64,000 nucleotides of DNA from Dehalococcoidia bacterium (GTDB taxonomy: Bacteria > Chloroflexota > Dehalococcoidia > Lucifugimonadales > UBA3495). Below are positions 18,757 to 28,347 of the stretch, piece by piece. Below the pieces are notes generated by a model. That model saw only the letters and a list, made by a program, of their open reading frames with translations. It was not told the DNA's origin and did not search any database. The first letter of the stretch is position 1. Each line of letters begins with the position of its first letter. Both the position numbers and the translations under genes were made by a program. Where the stretch lies: the NCBI GenBank assembly GCA_965197545.1, contig CBDANJ010000005.1, positions 3,311 through 67,310 of the forward strand, in the 5' to 3' direction.

Positions 18757-18830
18757 GTGATCATCACCGTTGCCAGCTTCAGGGGTGGGGTAGGGAAGAC
18801 GACGACCGCCGTACACCTCGCCGCGCACGG
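18757..18830 (+). pseudogene. parA: parA 5' stub
   Basis: MIITVASFRGGVGKTTTAVHLAA matches the first 23 codons of ParA at 28937 with one substitution (R9 versus K9), then diverges. Confidence 0.7.
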
Positions 18831-18909
18831 CGCAAAGAATCAGCTCGGGCTCCGTTTGTCGCCACTTGAAGATCGCCGGTCGGATTGCCTTCTTCATGAT
18901 CTCTTCAGG

Positions 18910-19440
18910 CTACCAGCTGGCGCCGGCCAAAGTTGCAACACAACCCCGAGGATCCACGGGCGGTTCAGTCCGCGGCAAAACTTTTTCGACCACGGCGGCC
19001 CCGATCGCATCGCCACACACGTTGACCGCGGTCCGGAAACGGTCCAGCAGCCAATCGATCGAGAGGATCAACCCGATATATTCCACGGGCAGGCCCACCG
19101 CATTGAGGACAATGACCATAGTGACCAGGCCAGCTTCCGGGATTCCCGCCGCCCCGATCGCTGCCATCGTTGCCGTCGCGGCCACCACGATCTGCTGCGA
19201 GAGGGCCAGCTCAAAACCGACGGCCTAGGCGATGAAGATAGACGCTACGGCCTCATAAAGGGCGGTTCCATCCATGTTGACCGTGGCTCCGAGCGGCAGA
19301 ACGAAATCGACCGACCGCTTGGACACTTTGGCGTTGGTGACTGCGCACTCCATTGTGACGGGAAGCGTCGCACTCGAGCTGGCTGTCGAGAATGCCGTCA
19401 GAAGCGCTTCCGACAGCGGTCGCGCTCAAGCAACCCCCCT
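18910..19440 (-). pseudogene. dicarboxylate/amino acid:cation symporter (DAACS, GltP/DctA-like) fragment with an in-frame TAG
   Basis: [84 protein letters not shown]. The 5' half of the gene is absent. The stop codon is at 19227-19225. Confidence 0.7.
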
Positions 19441-19713
19441 ATCTCTCCGACGTCTTCGCGGTCGCTTTCCAGCTCCTGATTGCGGGGCTCCACCGCCCTC
19501 GCGGGCTGCTCTGCGCTCGGCTCTAGCAACGTTGTGCGGCCCGATGTGCACACCAGGTTCCCGATGCTCCAGGCGCGTGGTTTCTCCTGCTTTTTCCTTT
19601 ATCAGGAAGGGGTTGATTTGGGAGTTTTTTGAGAAGGAGTTCCCTTGTCAGAGGGGTCATAGCCTTCCTCTTCGCCTGTGGTCGTCCTGTCCTGGGTTCT
19701 GTTCCGGGTCGAT

Positions 19714-19750
19714 TTATTCACAGGTTAGTCGCTCTTACTACCTTCTTGAT
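19714..19750 (-). other. oriV skeleton fragment (copy 2)
   Basis: TTATTCACAGGTTAGTCGCTCTTACTAC matches the DnaA-box end of the other origins, for example 41562. Confidence 0.45.
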
Positions 19751-20318
19751 TAAGAAGGGGCGCAACTTCACTGGCGGCGACCTGTTGAGGTCGATCCGCC
19801 GTCAACCCTGCGCACCACTCTTGCCTTGCGACTTCTTGAAAGCCGCGTCTCCAACCCTCGTTTCGGGTGGGTTGAGAAAAGAATCCGGACCGCCTGTGAA
19901 CTCGCAGAGGCAATTCTCGAGGTTTCAAGACCCGGCGCCCGGACCGGACAGCACAGTCACTGGGTTTTCCCGTGGCCATAGGGTGTTCCAACCAACTCCT
20001 GCAGCACTTTTGGGAATCGGGCTGGGACGTGACCAGAGGCAACGAAAGTCTGTACGTTGTTGAACCCCCTCCCGACCGGGTCGAGTTGCGTCCCCGGGAG
20101 GCACAGAGAATGATGGAGGGGGTTCTCTTTCTCCCCGCTTACCTTAGGGTTGCCCAGCAAAGACATTGCGAGACTGGCCCATCTTGTCACCTTACTAGGC
20201 GTTAGTCCGCCATCGACACTAAAGGATAAACCCAGACCAACCTAAATCCGCAAAGACGAGACTGGTGGTAAACATCCAGGTTTAAACTGAACCAGTGCAA
20301 CCGCTTGGCCGGCTCCTT

Positions 20319-20353
20319 CAGCCTGAGTGAGCGCTGTAGGAATCGCCGTCCTT
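20319..20353 (+). repeat. solo remnant of the IS200/IS605 right end
   Basis: CAGCCTGAGTGAGCGCTGTAGGAATCGCCGTCCTT matches 30823-30857 (2 mismatches). The second hairpin arm is missing. Confidence 0.6.
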
Positions 20354-20472
20354 ACTTCTCGAATCATCAAAAGAAACTTTGGCGCCTCTCGGTTCTTGGT
20401 GGTCGGTGGTCTCCCGACGTCGGAAGCGCTCTCTTTTTTTCACTTGCTTCTCATGCCATCTGTGATACATTA

Positions 20473-20691
20473 ATGGCCCTAAAAATGAGTAAGCCTAGAA
20501 AATGGACCAAGGTGCGAGAGTTTCCCCATCGGCTGGGCCTGACCATCGACGATGAGTTGCTCAACCACCTGGACGCCGTGGCCGGCAGTCTTGAGATCAG
20601 CCGGGCTGAAGTAATGCGGCGCGTGCTCCGGGCAGGGATCGACGACCTCCAAAAGCAAGAAAAGCCCCCCCTTAGCACTAGACAGGAGTAA
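20473..20691 (+). CDS. ribbon-helix-helix (CopG-like) protein, orphan
   Basis: RLGLTIDDELLNHLDAVAGSLEISRAEVMRRVLRAGI has the RHH pattern. The internal ATG was preferred over the track start. Confidence 0.55.
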   Translation: MALKMSKPRKWTKVREFPHRLGLTIDDELLNHLDAVAGSLEISRAEVMRRVLRAGIDDLQKQEKPPLSTRQE

Positions 20692-21094
20692 GGCCGCTGA
20701 GAATTTTAAACCGACGAAAGAAAAAGGAGAAAACCGACAAGATCTTGAAACCGGTCGCTCCCCCCGGTGAGTTTCTAGAATATCAATAAGGGCTTTCTGG
20801 TTCGGACTGTGGGTCACCGTAGGACGCCCCAGGGGCGGCTTTTTCAACCTTGGAAGGGTGGGGCAGATCATTCGGGCCTTGTGGAGCCGTCAGGGGCAAG
20901 GGTTTTCGCGAGCTGGAACGTCGGAGTGATAGAGGATTTCGAGGAGAAAAAGGATCAGCACGCCCTTAGCCGCCGTGGGGAATCCGCCAGAAAGAGAAAA
21001 AAGTATTGATTGACACTTTTGTTGGAGTAGAGTATCTCTTACGGTTACTTTAGTTTTTAAGGCAGATCAGAACAATGAAAGGAGTTCTATCGAA

Positions 21095-22534
21095 ATGAGT
21101 AAAACCAAAACACTATTCACTATGGCCCTGCTGGTCCTGTTGGGATCGATGGGCGCGGCGCAAGCGCAGAACTTCGCCGAGGTCAAGCTGTTTACGACCC
21201 CGGCGGACTTCGCACGGGAGGGGGGTAAAAACGAGGCGGCTGGTAGCATCCTCCTCAATTCTTCTGCCGAAGCCGCTCTCCGGGCAGACGGTGCAATGAT
21301 CGAGCTGCATTTTTCCGTTCCCCTTGCGGCAGATATAGACACCGCAACCCAAGCCGTCGAGGCTACCCAAGTGACGGTAACAGGCGACACTGGTGCCGAA
21401 GTGACGGGGATGGCGGAGAACGAAGATAACGACGGCAATGGGACCATCATGATTAATCCCACCACCGGCGCTGGCCAAAATCTGCTCATCCAAAACGTGA
21501 AGTTGGACGTCAGCGGCGCCGATGAAGCCGTTACCGTGACTCTTAAAGTAACTGCAGGAACGGACGACTTTATACGGATTGACGGTCCCAGCTCCGCCAT
21601 GGTGATCGGCGGCATCAAGGTTGGCGTGGAAGCCGAAGTCACGACGGTTACCGTTCGAACCCGAGGCACCGGTGCTGGCGGAGTGATGGCCTCTCTGACC
21701 CTGAAGGAATCCTTCAAGGGTGCCTTCATGACGGGCAACATGGTGACAGTCGATTCCTCCGGCATCCCGGAGGGAGCCACGCTGACAGCCATGGTGACTA
21801 GTAATCTTGTAGCAAATGAGGACGCAGATCCTCCGGTTGTGGTCGACGACACGACTCCCTACGCTACAGTGAGCGCAGTGAAAGATGGATCCGCCACGGT
21901 AACGCTGGGTGGCAACGACGGTACGAACGATAGGCCGACTCCTGCCAGCGTCACGCTAGAGCTGACGTTGACAGCCAATCCGGCCGACGAGAACGCAGAG
22001 ATATCCTTCCCGCTGGCCCGGTCCAGCGTCATGGCGAAAGCCACCTTCACAGATCCAACCGGTCTGGTTAATAACTTTGAGGATGCGTTCACGGATTACG
22101 TGACTGTTTTCAATATCCGTCCGGCCCAGTGCGAGATTCTCTTTCCGGTCGTGACTGTCAGACCCGCGACACCCATGATGGGTATGTGGGATACGGCAAT
22201 CTCCGTCACCAACCCGGCGTATGAGGACGAAATGGCGTCCGGCGGTCTGACGTTCACCTTCTACCCGATGGGGGCCGACCCTGTGATGTATGAAACTGGA
22301 ATGGGCTCTCCAGGAGACGGGCTGGAGGCTGATGGAACTCTCGCCCCAGGAGGCACCTATCAGGTCTTGATAAGTCAGATTCTTAGCTCCACCGGCTGGG
22401 GAGACAGTTTCCGAGGCCACGTCCATATCCTGGCTGATTACACGAACTGCACCGGCGTGGGCTGGGTAACCGATTGGATGGGGGTCAACCAAGCCTATTC
22501 TGCGGTCGTGATCAGTTCTGATACCGGCGAGTAG
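21095..22534 (+). CDS. secreted protein of unknown function (479 aa), paralog of 25040..27421
   Basis: GGAG-type RBS. Signal peptide ..LLGSMGAAQA/QN. Shares motif blocks with the 793-aa protein (..NVKLDVSG..VTVTLKV; LKESFKGAF..GIPEGATLT). Confidence 0.7.
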   Translation: MSKTKTLFTMALLVLLGSMGAAQAQNFAEVKLFTTPADFAREGGKNEAAGSILLNSSAEAALRADGAMIELHFSVPLAADIDTATQAVEATQVTVTGDTGAEVTGMAENEDNDGNGTIMINPTTGAGQNLLIQNVKLDVSGADEAVTVTLKVTAGTDDFIRIDGPSSAMVIGGIKVGVEAEVTTVTVRTRGTGAGGVMASLTLKESFKGAFMTGNMVTVDSSGIPEGATLTAMVTSNLVANEDADPPVVVDDTTPYATVSAVKDGSATVTLGGNDGTNDRPTPASVTLELTLTANPADENAEISFPLARSSVMAKATFTDPTGLVNNFEDAFTDYVTVFNIRPAQCEILFPVVTVRPATPMMGMWDTAISVTNPAYEDEMASGGLTFTFYPMGADPVMYETGMGSPGDGLEADGTLAPGGTYQVLISQILSSTGWGDSFRGHVHILADYTNCTGVGWVTDWMGVNQAYSAVVISSDTGE

Positions 22535-22568
22535 ATCTGGCCAACTGCCTAGTGATCCGATCGACCAA

Positions 22569-22607
22569 GCAAACGGCCCCCTTTTACCGGGGGCCGTTTG
22601 CTTTCTT
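22569..22607 (+). terminator. rho-independent terminator
   Basis: 13-bp stem GCAAACGGCCCCC / loop TTTTACC / GGGGGCCGTTTGC, followed by TTTCTT. Lies 35 nt after the stop. Confidence 0.75.
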
Positions 22608-22735
22608 AGACCCCTAGGTGGAGCTAGACCCGATTGAGGGTTTGGGTTGGACATAATCTCCTTCCCATATCCACCCTTTCGGCATACGGAAGAGCCGTTA
22701 CAGTCCTTCGATTCCGTTTCGTATCGCCTGGTTCT

Positions 22736-22751
22736 CCCCCCCCGGGGGGGG
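22736..22751. repeat. C8G8 homopolymer palindrome
   Basis: CCCCCCCCGGGGGGGG lies 60 nt upstream of the ATG at 22811. Confidence 0.8.
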
Positions 22752-22810
22752 CATAGGTGATACGGGTTTGTAACCATACCCAACGAGAAGCCCGCTCATT
22801 TAGAAAGGCG

Positions 22811-23941
22811 ATGTCACTTGTTTGCATCGAAGCTTCATCTTCCGGGCTCGCCGCCCTTTCCCTCATCGGGGTTATGCTTCTGTGCAATCCCCCCGCCTGG
22901 GCCAAGCCTGCTGAAACAATTCCACAAGACCTCGAGACCGTTCCGGATTTAAACCAGCTTCAGCAGGAGGTGCTGGAGTTTTGGTCGCTGGTGGTCCAGG
23001 GGAAAAAGTTTCAAGCCTTGCGCTATGTCGCGGAAGGACAAGACCACTTTCTGAACTGGAAGTGGCCTCTAGTTCGATCCTACCGGGTAACGAATCTGGA
23101 TTTGAAGAATGGATCGGACGAGGTTCTCGTCACGACAACGGCCATGGTCAGCCCTCCGGGGTTCGAGGCGGCGTTGAGTTGGCCGGTTCGGCAACGATGG
23201 GTCTTCCGGGACCAAGACTGGCGAATCCTGGTTGAAGGATCGAACCCGGCAGCCGTCTTTGGGGGGAAGAGCCGGATCCGGACAACGTCTGGGCGCGATC
23301 AGGCGGAGACCCTCAAGCAGTTCAAGCGACTCCAGATTGGGCCAAAGCGGATCCATTTCGGTGCGGTTCTCCAGGGAGAAACGATCTGGCAGGAGCTCAC
23401 CTACAAAAACGAAGGCGAGCTTGGGATCCGGGTACGAGTGATCCAGTCCCCACGCTGGGTGGCTCTTGATCGGAGCGATTTTATTGCCGGTCCAGAGGAC
23501 GAAGGGACGTGGCTTCTGGGTGTGTTTACGGAGAATCTAGAGGGCGAGGTTCAGGGGGAGCTCACTCTGGAATTGAGCCACGGCACGGTTCGTCAGGAAC
23601 AAATGGTTTCGGTTCTGGGATCGATCACACCGCCTCTGAGCCTCGCTCCAGGACGCTTGGTTCTCGTCCCGGGAATTTCCTATGAAATTCGGGTTCAAAA
23701 TCACACCCACCAAGAAGTCCGCATTGCTGAAATTGTGTCGCCGGTGGACTTTCTTGTAGCGAAGTGGTCTTCATCGGCGAGCGGCCACATCGTTCCAGAT
23801 GGCAGTGCGGCCCTGAAGGTCACATGGGACGCAGACCGTGCGCCTCAGGACTGGAGCGGGGGGATCCTGCGGCTGCTTTTGGATCAGCCCGTAGCCGGTC
23901 GGTCGGAGCTCACGGTTCCGATCCTGCGACAGTTTCCCTAA
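22811..23941 (+). CDS. secreted protein with NTF2-like N-domain and two Ig-like (DUF1573/ASH-like) domains
   Basis: Signal peptide ..CNPPAWA/KP. IHFGAVLQGETIWQELTYKNEGELGIRVRV resembles the DUF1573 F-x-F-G-x-V motif. This assignment is from memory. Confidence 0.55.
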   Translation: MSLVCIEASSSGLAALSLIGVMLLCNPPAWAKPAETIPQDLETVPDLNQLQQEVLEFWSLVVQGKKFQALRYVAEGQDHFLNWKWPLVRSYRVTNLDLKNGSDEVLVTTTAMVSPPGFEAALSWPVRQRWVFRDQDWRILVEGSNPAAVFGGKSRIRTTSGRDQAETLKQFKRLQIGPKRIHFGAVLQGETIWQELTYKNEGELGIRVRVIQSPRWVALDRSDFIAGPEDEGTWLLGVFTENLEGEVQGELTLELSHGTVRQEQMVSVLGSITPPLSLAPGRLVLVPGISYEIRVQNHTHQEVRIAEIVSPVDFLVAKWSSSASGHIVPDGSAALKVTWDADRAPQDWSGGILRLLLDQPVAGRSELTVPILRQFP

Positions 23942-23947
23942 AGAACA

Positions 23948-24975
23948 ATGGGCTTTTTGGTCGAACGATTCTCACCGAGCAACCCCTTGCGAGGTGACGG
24001 GTTTCCCCTGCTGGTTCTCTTCGGAGCCTTTGGGCTCGCCGGTTGTGTCTCCAAGCCGACCTTGGAGATGTTTCAGGAGGATGATCCGCCGTGCTACGAC
24101 CGCTCGGACCAACCCCAGACCGCGGTCGTGGATACCCACGTGCACTTCCGGCCGTTTGGAGGTGTCGCGATTCTGTTCGAGGAGACCGTTTCCTACCTGA
24201 AGGAGGCCAGCGTTCTGTTTGCCAACATCTATGGCATCGGTCAGGCGCTGCCACCGGAGTCCTCCTGCACGTACTACTTGGATTGCCCCGAAACGCCCGT
24301 GACGCCGACGTTCAAAAACGATTTCGTCAATGCCGCCAACTACAGCACAAACACCTCAATGGATGTCCATTTGACGCTTGCGATGACCTTCCCGGACTTG
24401 TCGCAACCCGAGTCGATTCTTCCTGGGATGCAGCTGTTGGAGAAGGAGTACCCGGGCGCCTTCAAGTGGATGGGCGAGGTCAATCTGGTGAAGCAGGCCT
24501 TGTTCGACAATGGGCGGGAGCCGGTCTCCGCCGCCCTGGAGGAGTGCTCGCCGTTTATGGAGGTGCTCCGCTTGTATCCCGAGGACACGATTGTCTGGAT
24601 GCCCTCCAGCACACCAGTACGATGGCGGCGCTGTTGGACCGCTACCCCAATCTGATGCTGGATATCTCCTGGCGAGGGATTGACGATCTCTACTTCTCGG
24701 GCCCGAGCAAGAAGAGGTTCTACGTTGCGTTCCTGAATGACTACTCGGAACGGGTACTGCCTGGGACGGACTTTTTGGCATCGAGGGACAAGGACATCGA
24801 CGTGTACCGAACGAAGCTCTGGATCACGAGCGGGATCCTTCGCGATCTGAACGACACCGCTTTCCGGAACATCGGGTGCAATTAAACAAAGGTACCCAAC
24901 ATCGCCTTGGGGGAGAACTATTTCCGTCTGTTGGAGCTGGACTACACCGCGCCGTCCATATGCGCGAGTCGATAG
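23948..24975 (+). pseudogene. amidohydrolase-family lipoprotein with a frameshift and an in-frame TAA
   Basis: Lipobox LAGC and VVDTHVHF. Frame change near 24600 (..YPEDTIVW / ..ALQHTSTMAALLDRYPNLMLDISW). TAA at 24883-24885, followed in-frame by ..IALGENYFRLLEL. Confidence 0.6.
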
Positions 24976-25039
24976 GAGGGCTTGGAGGTCCCCGCTCGTG
25001 GTGCGTCGACGATACGGGCCCTCGCGTCGGCCGATCCGC

Positions 25040-27421
25040 TTAGTCTTCCCGGGGAATCGATGCGATCCACTCTCCGGTCAGATCGCCGAACAGAGCGAAG
25101 CTCTCCACCGCTCCGTCCTGGGAGAACACCCGGAAGCCTCCCCCCCGTTGGCCGGACGTCTCTGGGATCAATTCAAAAAGGAGTTTGGCCAAGCGGGCGC
25201 CTGGATCGAGCTGAAAGTCGGCGGCCCCGACCACCTGGCCCGACGCATCGAACGCTTCCACGGTCCCGTCAACCGGCATTCTCCCCCGGTTTTTGATGGC
25301 CAATCCGGTAAAGAAGCCCTGATCCTGTACCACATGGGTGTAAAGGGCGTCCTTATCCGCCCCACGGAAAAGCGGAATCGTGGCCGAGTACCGGCCATCC
25401 AAGCTCTTGAACCGAACCGACCCGTTGATGCTGCGGGGGACCAGGTAAGGGCCGAGAAAAGCATTCAGGAGCTCGATCTCAAGGGAGCCCGTGAGCAACT
25501 CGGCCGTGGACAAGCCGAACAGAACTGAAAAGTCGACAACCCTCTGCTCGCGGGGTGCCAAAATAAAATCCGGCGAGACGAGGATGGCTTGGCCGAAATC
25601 GTCAAGGACCAAAATGCGAAGCTCCGCGTCCTTGAACCCGTCGCTGTTGATGAGGTTGAGCTCTGTCTCCAGACCGGCCCCGAGCCCGATGTGGGCGATT
25701 CCATAGGATGGCCGCAGAGAAGTCGTCTGGGCTGGTAGGTAATTGATCGTCTTTTCGTTTCCAAACGTCTCATGCGCCACCACTCCCTCTCCGGTGGCCT
25801 CGCCCCGGATGTACCCCCCCTGAAAGTCCGACAGCTCGACGGCAAAGAAGGTCCCAACACTCTCTGAGATCGTCCCCCGCGGACCCAGAGCTCGGTCGGT
25901 CGAGGACACCCTCTCCCCGTTGCCGTCATAGAGGGATGCCCGGATCTCGGTGTCGGCTTTTTCCGATGGATTGAACAAGTGCACGACCGTGAACGGCTCC
26001 TCTCCCTCCCGGGAGATGTTCGGAAGCAGGAACCGGGTGCGCGGAGGTTGACTCGCCGCCCCGCCGCCGCCCCGGGTTTGATCGTCCCCCAGCAGGAAGA
26101 TTGCTCCGATTTCGGCTCGCCGGGTGCGTGCTGCGATCGTTCCGGCCTCGACCTCCAGAATCCCGGACCCCAAAACCTCTTCAATCGCCACCGAGACCTG
26201 CTCCCCCTGACCGACCGGCAAGGAAGCCGGATTCACGATATCCGGCCCCAAGACCAGACGGCCCTCCGGGCCCAACGCCTCCAGGCGGACGTTTAGATCC
26301 AGGCTGCTTCGATTCGTGAACTGGAGCCGGAGCGGCCCGAGACGGAAACTGATCGGGAAATAGGTCTCAAATTCCGGTAAAGGGAGTTCCTCCTCGGGAG
26401 GAACAAACTTCGTCTGATACCGAGGAATGCAAGGATTTCCGCCACACTGCTCATCCTCTTCCGGAGCCAGCGTGGCCTGCAGGAATACGGCCGCGGGTTG
26501 TGCCACCACCGGCAGCCCTTCCGGCGGCTGCGAGTCGTCCGTGGATTCATCTTCCGGAGTGTCCATTTCGACCGTGTAGTCGAGTTGGAACGCCTCCACT
26601 CGCTGATTGCTGGCCACCTGCGGCGTAAACTCATACGTGATCGTCCGATCGTCGTCCCCGGTCGGCAGTTTGGTTTCAGACCCTTCCGCCACGGTGAGGG
26701 TTGCTCTCGATACGGTTGAGGGCACCGAATCGGGAAAGGTGACCGAAACCCCTTCAGGCAGACCGGTGATTCGGATCTGCACGCGGGTGGGGGCGTTTTG
26801 ATTGAATTGCCCGGTGTTCCCCGAGAAGGCTGAAGCAAAACCCTCCTTGAGGGTCAATGTCAGGTCCGTCGGCCGAAAAGACCTCTCCGGAAGGATGAAG
26901 ACCACATTCGACTCCAAATCAACTTCCAGGCCAGGTAGAACCTTTGAGATGACCTCGACAGAACGATAGCGCTCGAGGATGAAGAAGTCCGACCTAGGCA
27001 CAACGCTCAGGTTCGCCACAACTCGCTCAGCATCCGTCGCGGCCACATCGAGGCGAACCCCGCTCAGAGTCAGGACTTCGCCGTTATTGATCTCCTCGCG
27101 AATCCGGACCGTGAGGATTCCCGAGGCCAGGTCGGTTGGCTCGATGGACACTCTGGCACTGTCGGAAACGACCCCGGTATCCTCAATGGGGATGCCGTAA
27201 TCGATCACGATTTCACCCGGTCCCGCAGAGCCGGCGGACACGGCAAAAAGAAGGGTTCCAGAGAGCGCCGATCGATTCGTCTTCGCCACCTCTGTCGGAT
27301 TGCTGACGACGGCGACAAATCCCTGAGCCAGAAGCGGCGGCTGCGAGAGGAAAACGGACAGGGCGATGCACAAAGAAAGCAGACCCCAGAAAATGCCAGC
27401 TTGGTTTTTGTAGCGGAACAT
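25040..27421 (-). CDS. secreted multi-domain protein of unknown function (793 aa)
   Basis: Signal peptide. N-terminal blocks paralogous to 21095..22534. Four or more C-terminal beta-sandwich-like repeats of the type ..AHIGLGAGLETELNLIN... Confidence 0.7.
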   Translation of the reverse strand: MFRYKNQAGIFWGLLSLCIALSVFLSQPPLLAQGFVAVVSNPTEVAKTNRSALSGTLLFAVSAGSAGPGEIVIDYGIPIEDTGVVSDSARVSIEPTDLASGILTVRIREEINNGEVLTLSGVRLDVAATDAERVVANLSVVPRSDFFILERYRSVEVISKVLPGLEVDLESNVVFILPERSFRPTDLTLTLKEGFASAFSGNTGQFNQNAPTRVQIRITGLPEGVSVTFPDSVPSTVSRATLTVAEGSETKLPTGDDDRTITYEFTPQVASNQRVEAFQLDYTVEMDTPEDESTDDSQPPEGLPVVAQPAAVFLQATLAPEEDEQCGGNPCIPRYQTKFVPPEEELPLPEFETYFPISFRLGPLRLQFTNRSSLDLNVRLEALGPEGRLVLGPDIVNPASLPVGQGEQVSVAIEEVLGSGILEVEAGTIAARTRRAEIGAIFLLGDDQTRGGGGAASQPPRTRFLLPNISREGEEPFTVVHLFNPSEKADTEIRASLYDGNGERVSSTDRALGPRGTISESVGTFFAVELSDFQGGYIRGEATGEGVVAHETFGNEKTINYLPAQTTSLRPSYGIAHIGLGAGLETELNLINSDGFKDAELRILVLDDFGQAILVSPDFILAPREQRVVDFSVLFGLSTAELLTGSLEIELLNAFLGPYLVPRSINGSVRFKSLDGRYSATIPLFRGADKDALYTHVVQDQGFFTGLAIKNRGRMPVDGTVEAFDASGQVVGAADFQLDPGARLAKLLFELIPETSGQRGGGFRVFSQDGAVESFALFGDLTGEWIASIPRED

Positions 27422-28077
27422 CCGCCTATTATATCGCCTTACTCGAAGTCGTGGCAGAGTAGCTTGAGAGATGCCGTGAGGTGTCTTTGAGTGCCGTTCG
27501 TCGATCCTGAGGAATTCTCGGGCGGGTTATGGCCCCATGGTTACAGAGCGGCTGGAGCCTGATATCCCCGGAAGCGCTCACCCTGGAACTCCCCATGAAA
27601 TCCTGGAACGGCCAGGAGGTAATCTGCATCACCGAAATTCTGACCCCTAAGAGTCCAATGGGGTGCGGGTGCGGACCCCGGAGGATTGGAATGGAAGGAT
27701 CTACGGCTGGTCCTGGCTGAACCCATGGGCGGCCGCAGTGGGAATTGAGGAAGACGGCAGATCGGACCAACGATATCGGAATTTTACCGAAAGGGCGTTG
27801 ATTCCCCGGCCCACTGCGACCAGAAATAAACTTTACCCTGATTTCCCTGAAAATTGAAGTGTTTTCCGCAACAAATGTCTGCTCCACCGGGCGGGGCAGC
27901 TCAGGAGGGATTTCCTTTTGGGAGTGTGCTCTAGGACAGTGCGGCCAGGAGAGCCGTAGCGGCCGCTTGAGCGCAAAGGTCCGGCAGGTGGCCCAGAGAT
28001 AGAGATCGAGGTTCAACGAGGAGAGTTTGAGGGTTGAAGGCGCTCGACCGCGACTAAGCATCTGAGTATCGGGGTTG

Positions 28078-28347
28078 TCAACTACGCGCCTTAAGCCACT
28101 TGGCAAGTAAGTCCTCGACGAGTTCACTGAACTCCTGGCCTTTGCCCTCTTGCAGCAGCGCAATTTTGACGCCCTGGTGGGTGTGCCTGCGAATGTAGGC
28201 AGTGACCTGCTCGAAGTCTGGATCGTTGCGCTTGCCAGGTGGTCTTCCCCTCCGCCGCCGTTTGGTTGACACCACCAAAGGTGCAGGCTTGACCGCTGTG
28301 TCTTCCCTGTTCTTCGCAGCGTCAATGACCCTCTGGAACTTGCTCAC
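28078..28347 (-). CDS. ParG-like ribbon-helix-helix partition protein
   Basis: GTG overlaps the parA stop (GTGA), with an AAGGAG RBS. The C-terminal EQVTAYIRRHTHQGVKIALLQEGKGQEFSELVEDLL has the RHH pattern. Confidence 0.65.
   Translation of the reverse strand: MSKFQRVIDAAKNREDTAVKPAPLVVSTKRRRRGRPPGKRNDPDFEQVTAYIRRHTHQGVKIALLQEGKGQEFSELVEDLLAKWLKARS

Noticed and set aside
20063-20126. 11-bp long-range stem GAACCCCCTCC ... GGAGGGGGTTC in the ORF-poor stretch 19960-20320, considered as a structured RNA or decayed tnpB 3' end next to the solo IS605 right-end remnant.
   Set aside because: It is a single helix with no second copy for covariation. There is no convincing TnpB-like translation in any frame, so a call cannot be supported.
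21007-21035. TTGACA at 21010 as the -35 element of a promoter for the 479-aa secreted-protein gene.
   Set aside because: No acceptable -10 lies at 16-18-bp spacing (TATCTC at 17 bp; TAGAGT at only 12 bp).
21067-21852. Long antisense ORFs inside clear genes: 21067..21852, 38613..39404, 61239..62132, 62875..63741, 25465..26184 and 10009..10584.
   Set aside because: These are typical shadow ORFs of GC-rich or repetitive coding DNA. They have low-complexity Ala/Arg/Pro/Ser-rich products and no RBS, and the opposite strand carries a recognisable protein family.
27429-28325. 298-aa minus-strand ORF spanning the region between parG and the 793-aa gene.
   Set aside because: Only about 25 residues (LNLDLYLWATCRTFALKRPLRLSW, around 27955-28045) resemble RepA. 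The rest has no coding character and overlaps parG. It is best explained as one more tiny repA scar, not a gene.
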